Part shown: positions 27,499-35,651 of the stretch, piece by piece
Layout: every line of letters starts with the position of its first letter
Position numbering within the stretch: the first letter of the stretch is position 1
DNA from: Candidatus Doudnabacteria bacterium
GTDB lineage: Bacteria > Patescibacteriota > Doudnabacteria > UBA920
DNA length: 64,000 bases
NCBI GenBank assembly: GCA_963837465.1
Contig: CAWINB010000004.1
Location: 74,853-138,852, forward strand
Direction of reading: 5' to 3'
Notes under the pieces: model-generated
Told to the model about the DNA's origin: nothing
The model's database searches: none
What the model saw: the letters and a program-made list of their open reading frames with translations, nothing else
Made by a program: the position numbers and the translations under genes

Positions 27499-28353
27499 AT
27501 GCAAATTCAATACCAAAAAATTTCCGGCGGCGCTTTGGAAGGGGTTTGGGAAAACCGCAGGCTGATTTTTTCCGGCCAAACTGACGGCGGCCTTACGAAC
27601 AGGGTAAAATGGTTAAAAAGGTTTTTGTCGGGACGGAAAAACCAACTCCTTAATCTTGGCGCGTCCGAAAATTCAACCATAGACATTTACAGCCTGTTCA
27701 GCAAAAGCGCCAAAGACGCCTGGAAGCAAAGTTTCCGCTTGGCAAAAAAACGCGGCGGCAAACCGGAACTTGAAGAAATTTTTTTGGCCCTGCTCAAGGA
27801 ACTGTCGGTGCAGGAACTGCTTAAGCGCTTGGGCGCCAAAGCGGAAGACGCGCGAATCTTACTGGACAATTATTTAAAACTCAAACAACCGTCCGGCGGG
27901 GAAACCATAACGCGAATTCCTTTTGAAGCTTTTGCCCTGGCCGTAAAATTGCGCGACCATAAAGTCGGGAGCCTGATGCTTTTGGGCGCCCTGCTCAAAA
28001 CCGCGCCCAAAGACAGCATGCTCCAGGCTATTTTCAGCAACATCGGCCTCACCTTGGATAAGCTGGAAGTCTTGGCGGTTTGGCAAGTAAAACTTAATTT
28101 TGATTTTCCGGAAAGCCCCCAAAAAAGCGGACTGCTTGATTGCGCCAGGCAGGCGGAATTTTTGGAGCGGCAGTTTGGTTACAGGTTTGATTTTTCCGCC
28201 ATTGAAACCGCGACAGCTTTATCATCGGCCGACAATAACTCTACCAGAAGGCGCAAAAACACTCTGCGCCTCCTGGTTAAGGCCGGGCTGCTGGCAAAGC
28301 AGGGAAAAAACAAAACTATTTCCGCTTTAATGGTAAAAAAATCTTCAGCTTAG
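27499..28353 (+). CDS. Clp N-terminal-domain-like repeat protein (hypothetical)
   Basis: Two Clp_N-like repeats ('...EEIFLALLKELSVQELLKRLGAKAEDA...'). Confidence 0.4.
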   Translation: MQIQYQKISGGALEGVWENRRLIFSGQTDGGLTNRVKWLKRFLSGRKNQLLNLGASENSTIDIYSLFSKSAKDAWKQSFRLAKKRGGKPELEEIFLALLKELSVQELLKRLGAKAEDARILLDNYLKLKQPSGGETITRIPFEAFALAVKLRDHKVGSLMLLGALLKTAPKDSMLQAIFSNIGLTLDKLEVLAVWQVKLNFDFPESPQKSGLLDCARQAEFLERQFGYRFDFSAIETATALSSADNNSTRRRKNTLRLLVKAGLLAKQGKNKTISALMVKKSSA

Positions 28354-28368
28354 GCTGAAGATTTTTTT
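28342..28368 (+). terminator. intrinsic terminator TCTTCAGC-ttag-GCTGAAGA + T7, overlapping the stop codon
   Basis: Perfect 8-bp stem followed by a T-run. Confidence 0.7.
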
Positions 28369-29465
28369 AAAACCCGGTTTAACCTGCGCATATGCTTATA
28401 AACCCAGTAGCCGAACCTGCTGTTAATCAAATCGTAAGCGCCCGGGTATTGCAGGATGCCGGAGCCGGACTGCGGTCCAAAGCCCAGTTTAAAACGCACA
28501 AAACCGGGCACATCCCCGACCGAGGTTTCCACGCCCCAGAAATCGTAAGCACTCAAGCCTAAATTTTTGGCATCCAGCATGGCCTGCCAATGCAGCAGAT
28601 ACGGCGCCATGACATTTTTATGGTTATAGGACGATCCGCCGAATAAAAATGTCCGGGTGGTGCCAAAATCCACCATGATAGCGGCGGCCAGAAGTTGGTT
28701 CTGTTCGCCAGAAGCGGATCCGCCTCCGGCGGAAAAAACGGCTTTGTAAATATGGAGTTTTAGATCGCCGCGGTTATGGAGAGTAAAAAAATCCGCCAAT
28801 TTTTTATAATAGGAAACCGGAAAAGTATTAAATTTTTGGCGCCTTGATGTTTCCAAAATCAGTTTTAATGCTTCGTCAAAAAATAACCCATGTCCAACGG
28901 AAACATCAAATTCGTCCTTAACTTCGACTTCGTGTTTTTGCGCTACTTTAATGTTATAGCGGGTTTTATGATGCATCTCGGCCAAGAGTTGGTTTTCGGA
29001 TTTTGTAAGGTCAATTAGTAACGTTTTAGCCGGCTGAATATTAACGGTTTTTTTAAGTCGGAGGTCGGAGGTCGGAGGTCGGAGGTCAAATTTTGGCTCA
29101 ACACGGATAAAAACCGAATCTCTAAATTTTTCCCTCAACTTCTCAATTATCAGATTTCCGATTCTCCGATTCTCCGACCTGTCCGACGTAGCCTTGGCGA
29201 AGTTGGATTCTCCGATTTTTCCGGTAACCCATCCGTACGGCGCGTACAAATAATATTTGCCGAAAGGCAACGGCATTTTAATAAGCTGGATAACAGCGGC
29301 GGTTTCCCCGCTTTCCGCTTTCCACTTTAACCTTTTAACTTGCCGTCCAAGGGCTGACTGCCATTCTCCCCACTCCCAGCTCTGCGAAAAACTGCCGCTT
29401 GGGCTTTCTGCCACAAAGCGGTTATAAGATTCTTTATCGGAAGATGATAATTCTGTAAGGTTCAT
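28350..29465 (-). CDS. FemAB-family peptidoglycan peptide-bridge aminoacyltransferase
   Basis: 'YNIKVAQKHEVEVK' and 'FLFGGSSYNHKNVMAPYLLHWQAMLDAKNLGLSAYDFWGV' match FemA/FemX motifs. Confidence 0.75.
   Translation of the reverse strand: MNLTELSSSDKESYNRFVAESPSGSFSQSWEWGEWQSALGRQVKRLKWKAESGETAAVIQLIKMPLPFGKYYLYAPYGWVTGKIGESNFAKATSDRSENRRIGNLIIEKLREKFRDSVFIRVEPKFDLRPPTSDLRLKKTVNIQPAKTLLIDLTKSENQLLAEMHHKTRYNIKVAQKHEVEVKDEFDVSVGHGLFFDEALKLILETSRRQKFNTFPVSYYKKLADFFTLHNRGDLKLHIYKAVFSAGGGSASGEQNQLLAAAIMVDFGTTRTFLFGGSSYNHKNVMAPYLLHWQAMLDAKNLGLSAYDFWGVETSVGDVPGFVRFKLGFGPQSGSGILQYPGAYDLINSRFGYWVYKHMRRLNRVLKKSSA
29058..29087. repeat. tandem heptamer (TCGGAGG)x4 inside femAB (encodes DLRPPTSDLRL); a partly complementary GATTCTCC x2 lies about 80 nt away
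   Basis: Direct 7-nt repeats counted from the femAB start codon. Confidence 0.6.
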
Positions 29466-29481
29466 AGCGTAAGAAAGTGTT

Positions 29482-29644
29482 CCATCCCGGAATTTTTCAG
29501 TGGCAGATCATGGTTCTCTGAAAAATATCCGGCCCGTCCGCCAAAGCTTTAGCGGCGGCGGAGATCCAGGCACGGGTTTTGTTCTGGATCCCGGATATTT
29601 TTTGTCGCCTATTATTGACGCCTGTACAAAAAATTCCGGGATGG
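29482..29644. repeat. 163-nt structured element with perfect 16-bp terminal inverted repeats (CCATCCCGGAATTTTT / AAAAATTCCGGGATGG) and nested internal inverted repeats, between ruvA and femAB
   Basis: Outer arms 29482-29497 and 29629-29644. Inner arms CTGAAAAATATCCGG (29518-29532) and CCGGATATTTTTT (29592-29604), plus hairpins ATCCAG/CTGGAT and CCGCC/GGCGG. Confidence 0.6.
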
Positions 29645-29650
29645 GAGCAC

Positions 29651-30208
29651 CTAATGTTTTCCTAACATCTTGAGTGATTGCTTCAGTTGTTCACTTTGGG
29701 GCTTTGAGCTGTCAATTTTATTTATAACTTCCCGGACTTCGCGCTGGTTGTAGCCCAAAGCCAACAAGGCGTCAAAAACTTCACTGCTTGCCGCAGGTGA
29801 ACTGCCGGAGAGCGAGCCAACTTTACTTTTGAGTTCGACGATGATCTTCTCCGCGGTCTTAAGCCCCACTCCGGAAATTCTGGTAAACACCCCCGCGTCC
29901 TGGTTGGCAATGGCCTGGCGCACGGCATCGGCAGGGGCTGACGATAAAATAGCCAGCGCGACTTTTGGCCCGACTCCGGAAACCGTAATTAAAAGTTCAA
30001 AAAACTGCAGGCTGGAAAAATCCGGCAACCCAAACAAGCTCTGCCCGTCATCGCTGACCTTCATATAGGTATATAAAGCTACTGTACCGCCAATCTTGTT
30101 TTCCAAAATTTCCGGCGTCACAAAAACCTTATAGCCAATCCCCTGGTTTTCGAGGATAATATAAGTCAAACCTTTTTCTAAGATTACGCCTTTTAAATAA
30201 GAGATCAT
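29651..30208 (-). CDS. ruvA: Holliday junction DNA helicase RuvA
   Basis: 'MISYLKGVILEKGLTYIILENQGIGYKVFVTP' and a C-terminal HhH domain. Confidence 0.9.
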   Translation of the reverse strand: MISYLKGVILEKGLTYIILENQGIGYKVFVTPEILENKIGGTVALYTYMKVSDDGQSLFGLPDFSSLQFFELLITVSGVGPKVALAILSSAPADAVRQAIANQDAGVFTRISGVGLKTAEKIIVELKSKVGSLSGSSPAASSEVFDALLALGYNQREVREVINKIDSSKPQSEQLKQSLKMLGKH

Positions 30209-30369
30209 TTACCCACCTAAATTTTGCCCGAACAGTCAGGCAAACCTAATTATCTAAAAACAGTACCGTATGTTTTCCCAAACTTCCCGCAAAATTTTGG
30301 CGGGTGAACTAATTTTAGCATTATAAAAACCCATTGACAAAAGACGCAACTAAGCATAGATTTGTCTTA

Positions 30370-30758
30370 TATAACCTGGGTTAAGGATCGCGGCTGCGCA
30401 AGCAGGTTGTCCGTCTTTTGCAAGACTAATGAATTAACAAACTTTCGAGATGTTAATCCCGCGATCCAAGCCTAATGTTTTCGGGAGCCGACCCTGGGGG
30501 TTGGATGCTCATTATCCAGCCGTTTTCCGCGCAGACGGAACCTGCAAGGATATGGGTAGTCGGCTTCCGTCCAGTACCAAGCCATAGTAATTAAAGAGGA
30601 ATTGGGCATGCGACCTGATTTGCCGCAGGTTGTAAAATCCGTTTGCCCGGATTTTGAGCCCAGGATTAGTTTTAATTCCTGACAGGCGCGCCGCCAGAAC
30701 GCCATAAGTCAGAACCCGGGCTCGAGTAGTTCCTTCTCCTCCTGCCCGGCTTTTTTTT
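30370..30758 (+). ncRNA. candidate ~390-nt structured ncRNA (class unresolved; 3' region AGUCAGAACCCGGGCU resembles the RNase P RNA P4 3' strand ACAGAACCCGGCUUA)
   Basis: TTGACA-17-TAGATT promoter-like sequence (30334-30362) and intrinsic terminator CCCGGGC...GCCCGGC + T8 (30715-30758). Local pairing GGATCGCGG (30385-30393) with CCGCGATCC (30459-30467). No convincing ORF in 600 nt. uvrB has its own downstream -10 (TATATT about 30789). Confidence 0.35.
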
Positions 30759-30805
30759 GTTCGCCGATGCTGGTATGCTAATAATTGGTATATTGATATT
30801 AAGCT

Positions 30806-32902
30806 ATGTCAAAATTTAAATTACAATCCAAGTTTAAACCTGCTGGCGACCAACCCAAGGCTATTGAAGGCTTGATTAAATCTATAGAGGCCAAGCGCCG
30901 CTACCAGACTTTGCTTGGAGTAACGGGCTCGGGAAAAACCTTCTCCATGGCGAACGTGGTACAGCATTTCCAAAAACCCACGCTCATCATCAGCCACAAC
31001 AAAACTTTGGCCGCGCAGTTGGCCGCGGAGTTTCAGGAATTTTTTCCGGATAACGCCGTGCACTATTTTGTTTCCTATTACGATTACTACCAGCCCGAAG
31101 CCTATATCCCCCGCTCAGATACCTACATAGAAAAAGACACCCAAATTAACGAAGAGATAGACCGTTTGCGCAACGCGGCCACGCAATCGCTTTTATCCCG
31201 AAAAGATGTGCTGATAGTAGCCAGCGTTTCCTGCATTTACGGGCTTGGCAACCCCGCCAATTATTTGGAACTGTCCCTGCCGGTAAAAAAAGGCCAGTCG
31301 CTTAAACGCGACAAGCTAATTAGAAGGCTAACAGACCTCCAGTATCATAGAAACGATCTTGAGCTGGAGCGCGGAAGTTTTAGAGCCAAGGGCGACGTGG
31401 TGGAAATTATTTTATCTTCCGAGGACACCGTTATCCGTATGGATTTTTTTGGCGATGTCCTGGAGAATATAGAACGTCTGGACGTGGTAACCGGCCGCAA
31501 AATCGAAAGCTTAAAGGAATTTATTATTTTCCCGGCCAAGCATTTTGTGACGCCCGAAGACAAGCTTAAGGAGGCCACGGAAAATATCCGGCGGGAACTG
31601 GCTGACCAGATTAAAAAATTCAAATCGCGGGACAAGCTTATAGAAGCCCAGCGCGTAGAACAGCGCACCAATTTTGACCTGGAAATGCTCACCAACACCG
31701 GTTTTGTTTCGGGCATAGAAAACTACTCCCGCCAGCTGGAAGGCCGCGAAGCCGGCAGTCCGCCTTCCACATTAATTGATTATTTTCCCGATGACTTCCT
31801 TTTATTTATAGACGAATCCCACCAGAGCATCCCGCAAATTGGCGCCATGTACGAGGGCGACAAATCGCGCAAAACCACTTTGGTGGATTACGGCTTCCGG
31901 CTGCCCAGCGCTTTGGACAACCGGCCGTTAAAATTCGCCGAGTTTGAAAAAAAAATCAACCAGGTAATTTTTGTTTCCGCCACGCCGGCCGAGTTTGAAA
32001 TAGAAAGAAGCCTGACGCAAAAAGACACCAAGTTCGTCACAAAGTCCAAACGTACACAAGAGGAGCAAAGCATTATAGACGCGCGCGGGAAATTAAAACA
32101 AATGGATCCGCCTTCAATTGTTGAGCAAATTATCCGCCCCACTGGACTGCTTGACCCAACAATAGAAATCAAACCCATAAAAAACCAAGTGGATGATTTA
32201 ATGGAGCGGATTAAAGAACGGATAAATAAACACCAGCGCGTTTTGGTGGCAACCTTAACCAAGCGGATGGCCGAAGAGTTGACCGAATATTTAAAAGAAG
32301 ACGGCGTAAAAGTCCAGTACCTGCACAGCGATGTGGATACTTTTGAGCGTTTGGAAATACTACGCGACCTGCGCTTGGGAGTTTTTAATGTCTTGGTGGG
32401 AATTAACCTATTACGGGAAGGCCTGGATTTGCCGGAAGTTTCCCTGGTGGCAATTTTGGACGCGGACAAAGAAGGTTTTTTGCGCAGCGAAACTTTTTTT
32501 ATGCAAATGATGGGCCGCGCGGCCCGCCACTTAGAGGGCCATGTGGTAATGTATGCCGATAGGATTACCGGGAGTATGGATAGAGCTATAAGCGAAACCA
32601 CCCGCCGCCGCAAACTCCAGGAAAACTATAACAAAAAGCACGGCATTACCCCGCAGTCCATAAAAAAAGCCATAGCCGATTCCCGCCTGGCCGGCAGCAA
32701 AAAAGAAATTGAAGCTGTTGACGACGAGGCCAAGCAGATTGATCCGAGCAAAATGAACAACGAAGAGATAAAATTCTACATGGACGAACTGGAACAACAA
32801 ATGGACTTGGCCGCCAAAAACCTGGAATTTGAACTTGCGGCGAGACTAAGGGACAGAATTGATGAGATAAAAAAAGTGCAAAAACTGACAGCAAAAAGAT
32901 AA
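30806..32902 (+). CDS. uvrB: excinuclease ABC subunit B
   Basis: 'LLGVTGSGKTFSMANVV' Walker A, helicase motifs and a C-terminal UVR domain. Confidence 0.95.
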   Translation: MSKFKLQSKFKPAGDQPKAIEGLIKSIEAKRRYQTLLGVTGSGKTFSMANVVQHFQKPTLIISHNKTLAAQLAAEFQEFFPDNAVHYFVSYYDYYQPEAYIPRSDTYIEKDTQINEEIDRLRNAATQSLLSRKDVLIVASVSCIYGLGNPANYLELSLPVKKGQSLKRDKLIRRLTDLQYHRNDLELERGSFRAKGDVVEIILSSEDTVIRMDFFGDVLENIERLDVVTGRKIESLKEFIIFPAKHFVTPEDKLKEATENIRRELADQIKKFKSRDKLIEAQRVEQRTNFDLEMLTNTGFVSGIENYSRQLEGREAGSPPSTLIDYFPDDFLLFIDESHQSIPQIGAMYEGDKSRKTTLVDYGFRLPSALDNRPLKFAEFEKKINQVIFVSATPAEFEIERSLTQKDTKFVTKSKRTQEEQSIIDARGKLKQMDPPSIVEQIIRPTGLLDPTIEIKPIKNQVDDLMERIKERINKHQRVLVATLTKRMAEELTEYLKEDGVKVQYLHSDVDTFERLEILRDLRLGVFNVLVGINLLREGLDLPEVSLVAILDADKEGFLRSETFFMQMMGRAARHLEGHVVMYADRITGSMDRAISETTRRRKLQENYNKKHGITPQSIKKAIADSRLAGSKKEIEAVDDEAKQIDPSKMNNEEIKFYMDELEQQMDLAAKNLEFELAARLRDRIDEIKKVQKLTAKR

Positions 32903-32947
32903 TATCTTTTTGCTGTCATCCTGAGGAGCGCATCCGACGAAGGATCC
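32888..32947. repeat. perfect 13-bp hairpin ACAGCAAAAAGAT-aat-ATCTTTTTGCTGT overlapping the uvrB stop, immediately followed by palindromic element copy (e) GTCATCCTGAGGAGCGCATCCGACGAAGGATCC (32915-32947)
   Basis: Exact reverse-complement arms; element identical in arms to 26003-26036. Confidence 0.7.
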
Positions 32948-32965
32948 CTTACTTAAAAACCGGCA

Positions 32966-33826
32966 TTACGCCTGTTTTTTTATAACCTTCTCATAAGGCT
33001 CGGCCGATTCCCAAGCGAACTCAAACAAAATCTTAATAGCGTGGCTTATTTCTTTGCTTGTAATGCTTACCGCGAATATAGTTGGCCGAAAAGAAAAAAA
33101 TACTACAGTGTCGCCAAAAATGGCGTTGTCCGTTAAAAAGTTTTTTTCATTCGGCAAAAACCGCGCCTGGTAATTTTTGTCTTTGGTTGCAATTTTTGCG
33201 TATTCCAAGTTCTCTTTAGAGTATCCCATAACATCGCGCACGGTTAAATTTATTTCCTGGGCTCTTTTCAAAAATTGCACCAGGGTTTCCGGGTCCACTT
33301 TTAAAGCATCCGCGGGAGTGCCAAAAAACCAGACCTCGTTAGCGGAATAAATTTTTTGATAAATTTGTTTTACACCCTCTTTGCCCTCAAATAATTGGAC
33401 ATTGGGTTTTTCCTTTTTGGCGTTAAATAAGGCCAATAAATTTGGCATTGTGCTTTTAAGCAATTCTTCTTTTTTGCGCAAATCGTAAATCAGCTTTTCC
33501 GGCGACTCGGCCGTGTACAAAGCTTTTTTGGCGCGCGGAATAATGCTGACAATCCCCTTTTGCTGGAGCTCATCCAAAATTAAATAGGTAGTCGGGCGTT
33601 TAAGCCCCGCTTTTGCGGCAATTAACTGCACACTCGCCGTCCCCAATTCCAAAAGGGCCAAATAAACTCCGGCCTGTTTTTGGTTTAATCCTGTTTGATT
33701 TAAAACATCGGAAATCTCCATATATTTTACTCGGCAGCATTCCTTAAGTTTGTAATCAAGGGTTCCTTCGGCTGCACTCAGGACGACAGCTATGTTAAGT
33801 ATAAATGATGTTTGTCGTTTTGTCAA
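32966..33826 (-). CDS. TrmB-family HTH transcriptional regulator, paralogue 1 (track start is TTG; likely true start is the ATG 'MEISDVLNQ' at about 33721)
   Basis: 'LNQKQAGVYLALLELGTASVQLIAAKAGLKRPTTYLILDELQQKGIVS' is a TrmB-type wHTH. Paralogue at 40907-41677. Confidence 0.7.
   Translation of the reverse strand: MTKRQTSFILNIAVVLSAAEGTLDYKLKECCRVKYMEISDVLNQTGLNQKQAGVYLALLELGTASVQLIAAKAGLKRPTTYLILDELQQKGIVSIIPRAKKALYTAESPEKLIYDLRKKEELLKSTMPNLLALFNAKKEKPNVQLFEGKEGVKQIYQKIYSANEVWFFGTPADALKVDPETLVQFLKRAQEINLTVRDVMGYSKENLEYAKIATKDKNYQARFLPNEKNFLTDNAIFGDTVVFFSFRPTIFAVSITSKEISHAIKILFEFAWESAEPYEKVIKKQA
33761..33787. repeat. divergent copy (h) of the palindromic element (reverse orientation: GTCGTCCTGAGTGCAGCCGAAGGAACC) in the TrmB-1 upstream region
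   Basis: GTCNTCCTGAG...CGAAGGANCC skeleton conserved. Confidence 0.45.
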
Positions 33827-33839
33827 TTTTTATGACAAA
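33819..33839. promoter_or_regulatory. palindrome TTTGTCA-attttta-TGACAAA upstream of TrmB paralogue 1 (candidate autoregulatory operator)
   Basis: Perfect 7-bp arms. Confidence 0.35.
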
Positions 33840-33904
33840 TAAATATATAAGCCTATAAATGCTTTATTTATGGGTAATTAATGATATAAACTAAGTCATT
33901 ATTA

Positions 33905-33933
33905 TTGACTATCTTGTATATTTATGACATAAT
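33905..33933 (+). promoter_or_regulatory. conserved promoter copy 1: TTGACT-17-CATAAT (…TTATTGACTATCTTGTATATTTATGACATAATA…) driving the plus-strand gene at 34026
   Basis: Near-identical 35-nt block at 41774-41802, next to the other TrmB paralogue. Confidence 0.6.
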
Positions 33934-34025
33934 AGCGAGTTACAATCAAGTAACAAACCTCCCAACTCCGGAGCGGTTGGCAAAGGTAACCTAAGCTCTA
34001 ACACAAAGCCTTAAGGAGGCAAAAA

Positions 34026-34562
34026 ATGAAGACGCAAATCGGTTGGACAAAGATGGCATGGACATTAGTGACCGCCCTCGTTCTTGGACTCATCATCTAT
34101 CCGCATCAACGCCGAGAGAAGAAGGTTGCGGCGGATACTGCCACACTTCGCGGCCGCCTGCTCGGCAATAAGAATTACCGCAACTTTGAAGTCGGCCTGG
34201 AGGAGTATAACATCTCCCTGGTTGACCACGGCGAAATAGAAGTCGAACTGCGCGACCGGCGCGTATGTCACGGCAGCACAAATCCTGATGATGTTTGTAC
34301 CGCCATCATTTGGAGAATGGATGTCCACGGAAAATTCATCAGCCGCGAGACCTACAACTTCAACCACGGGATAAATGTCGGGGTCGGCCGCATCGACAGC
34401 ATTGGACCTAAGGAAGATTATCGTCAGGTGGCGAGTTACGGGATAGGCAACGCGATCCCTTATACCTTTCAGGTCTATCCTTACAGTCCTAAAGACAGGC
34501 GCCTGTACTACTTTCAGCAGCAAATCGACGCGCTGCTGAAAGACATCCCTCCGGCAGCGTAA
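34026..34562 (+). CDS. hypothetical membrane-anchored/secreted protein (178 aa)
   Basis: SD AAGGAGG 8 nt upstream; N-terminal TM segment 'MAWTLVTALVLGLIIY'. Confidence 0.5.
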   Translation: MKTQIGWTKMAWTLVTALVLGLIIYPHQRREKKVAADTATLRGRLLGNKNYRNFEVGLEEYNISLVDHGEIEVELRDRRVCHGSTNPDDVCTAIIWRMDVHGKFISRETYNFNHGINVGVGRIDSIGPKEDYRQVASYGIGNAIPYTFQVYPYSPKDRRLYYFQQQIDALLKDIPPAA

Positions 34563-34643
34563 CTACTTCAGGCGGGCGGCGATGACAACATCAACCGCCC
34601 TGCCCACTTTACTTTTTTGAATTCAACAAAGTTTTTTGACCTT

Positions 34644-34673
34644 ACCTTAGTAAATAAAATTTGTTTACCGAGG
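34644..34673 (+). promoter_or_regulatory. operator/promoter motif copy 1: ACCTTAGTAAATAAAATTTGTTTACCGAGG (imperfect dyad CCTTAGTAA...TTACCGAGG) preceded by TTGACC
   Basis: Second copy at 35036-35065 with perfect 9-bp arms. Confidence 0.5.
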
Positions 34674-34739
34674 TAGGGCCATAAACCCTAGTTCCCAGGA
34701 ACGCTCCAAACAAACTCCCCACAATATTAAGGAGAGTGT

Positions 34740-34970
34740 ATGACACAGCGCAAAGAACAGTACTTCGTTATCTCGTACCGAGATAACGGCTACTACGAGG
34801 ATGACTTAGACTGCTACACTTGGGAGTCTGACCTCCAATTCAAAGGAGCAGCCGGGCCCTTTGAAAAAGCCGAGGCGCAAGCCTGGGCAGACAAGGGCAA
34901 TAGGGTTGATAAAGAGTGGCACTACAAAATAGTGCCAAAACTGAAACTCAACCTTTTGGCTCGACTGTAA
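34740..34970 (+). CDS. hypothetical small protein (76 aa)
   Basis: SD AAGGAGA upstream; preceded by the operator motif. Confidence 0.45.
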   Translation: MTQRKEQYFVISYRDNGYYEDDLDCYTWESDLQFKGAAGPFEKAEAQAWADKGNRVDKEWHYKIVPKLKLNLLARL

Positions 34971-35035
34971 CTTCGCTAACCGCCCCGCAGGTCTGTGCGG
35001 GGACGGCAAGACTCTTCACCGATTCTTGCCGCTCT

Positions 35036-35065
35036 ACCTTAGTAAGTAAATTTTGTTTACTAAGG
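35036..35065 (+). promoter_or_regulatory. operator/promoter motif copy 2: ACCTTAGTAAGTAAATTTTGTTTACTAAGG (perfect arms CCTTAGTAA/TTACTAAGG)
   Basis: Upstream of the lipoprotein-like gene; preceded by two GC hairpins (34980-35030). Confidence 0.5.
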
Positions 35066-35141
35066 AGGAGAATACATAATTTTTTCCAGGTAACTTGTTT
35101 ATCTAAACAATAAATGGTAACCGGGTTTCCTGGAAAAAGTT

Positions 35142-35651
35142 ATGAAAAAACTAATTACTACCATTCTGTTTGCGATATCCACGTGCGCAAGCCTGACCGC
35201 CCAAACCCCCAATGAGCCGCAACTCTCATTGGAAGAACAAAAGATAAAGCTTAAAAAGCTGGCGCAAGACCTGCGCTTGAGCGTTGCTTTTATAAGCTTT
35301 GAGGCAGAAAAACTGCAGACGGCGACCACAAAGGCCAAAAAAGCCAAGGAAACGGACGACGAGTTCTCGGCCAAGAAAGAAGTCCAAAAAGAAGCAGGTA
35401 AATTGTTTGGGCTCGTTAAGAACTATGGGGGCTTATACCCACATCTCCAGCAGGAGTTTGATAAAATCCTCAACTCTTTTGAAGTGTTCAGACCCAAATC
35501 TGACGACCCCGACTACCTTAAAAAAACGACGGCGGAAAATAGCCGTGAGATGGAGCTTCTGGCGTGGTACAACAAACTCTGCGCGGGAACACAGCTTCCA
35601 AATAATCTGGTAAAGATTATGAGGGAAGCCAAGACTGCCACAGAGCAATAA
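35142..35651 (+). CDS. hypothetical secreted/lipoprotein-like coiled-coil protein (169 aa)
   Basis: Signal peptide 'MKKLITTILFAISTCASLTAQ'. Confidence 0.5.
   Translation: MKKLITTILFAISTCASLTAQTPNEPQLSLEEQKIKLKKLAQDLRLSVAFISFEAEKLQTATTKAKKAKETDDEFSAKKEVQKEAGKLFGLVKNYGGLYPHLQQEFDKILNSFEVFRPKSDDPDYLKKTTAENSREMELLAWYNKLCAGTQLPNNLVKIMREAKTATEQ

Noticed and set aside
30472-30705. 77-aa minus-strand ORF inside the ncRNA candidate region
   Set aside because: No RBS, no homology, and it lies antisense to the promoter-terminator-bounded transcript. Probably a chance ORF in GC-balanced sequence.
30380-30760. tmRNA (ssrA) as the identity of the ruvA-uvrB ncRNA candidate
   Set aside because: No T-loop/T-arm (GGUUCGAAUCC-like) or tag-peptide reading frame with a terminal Ala-Ala-stop could be found on either strand.
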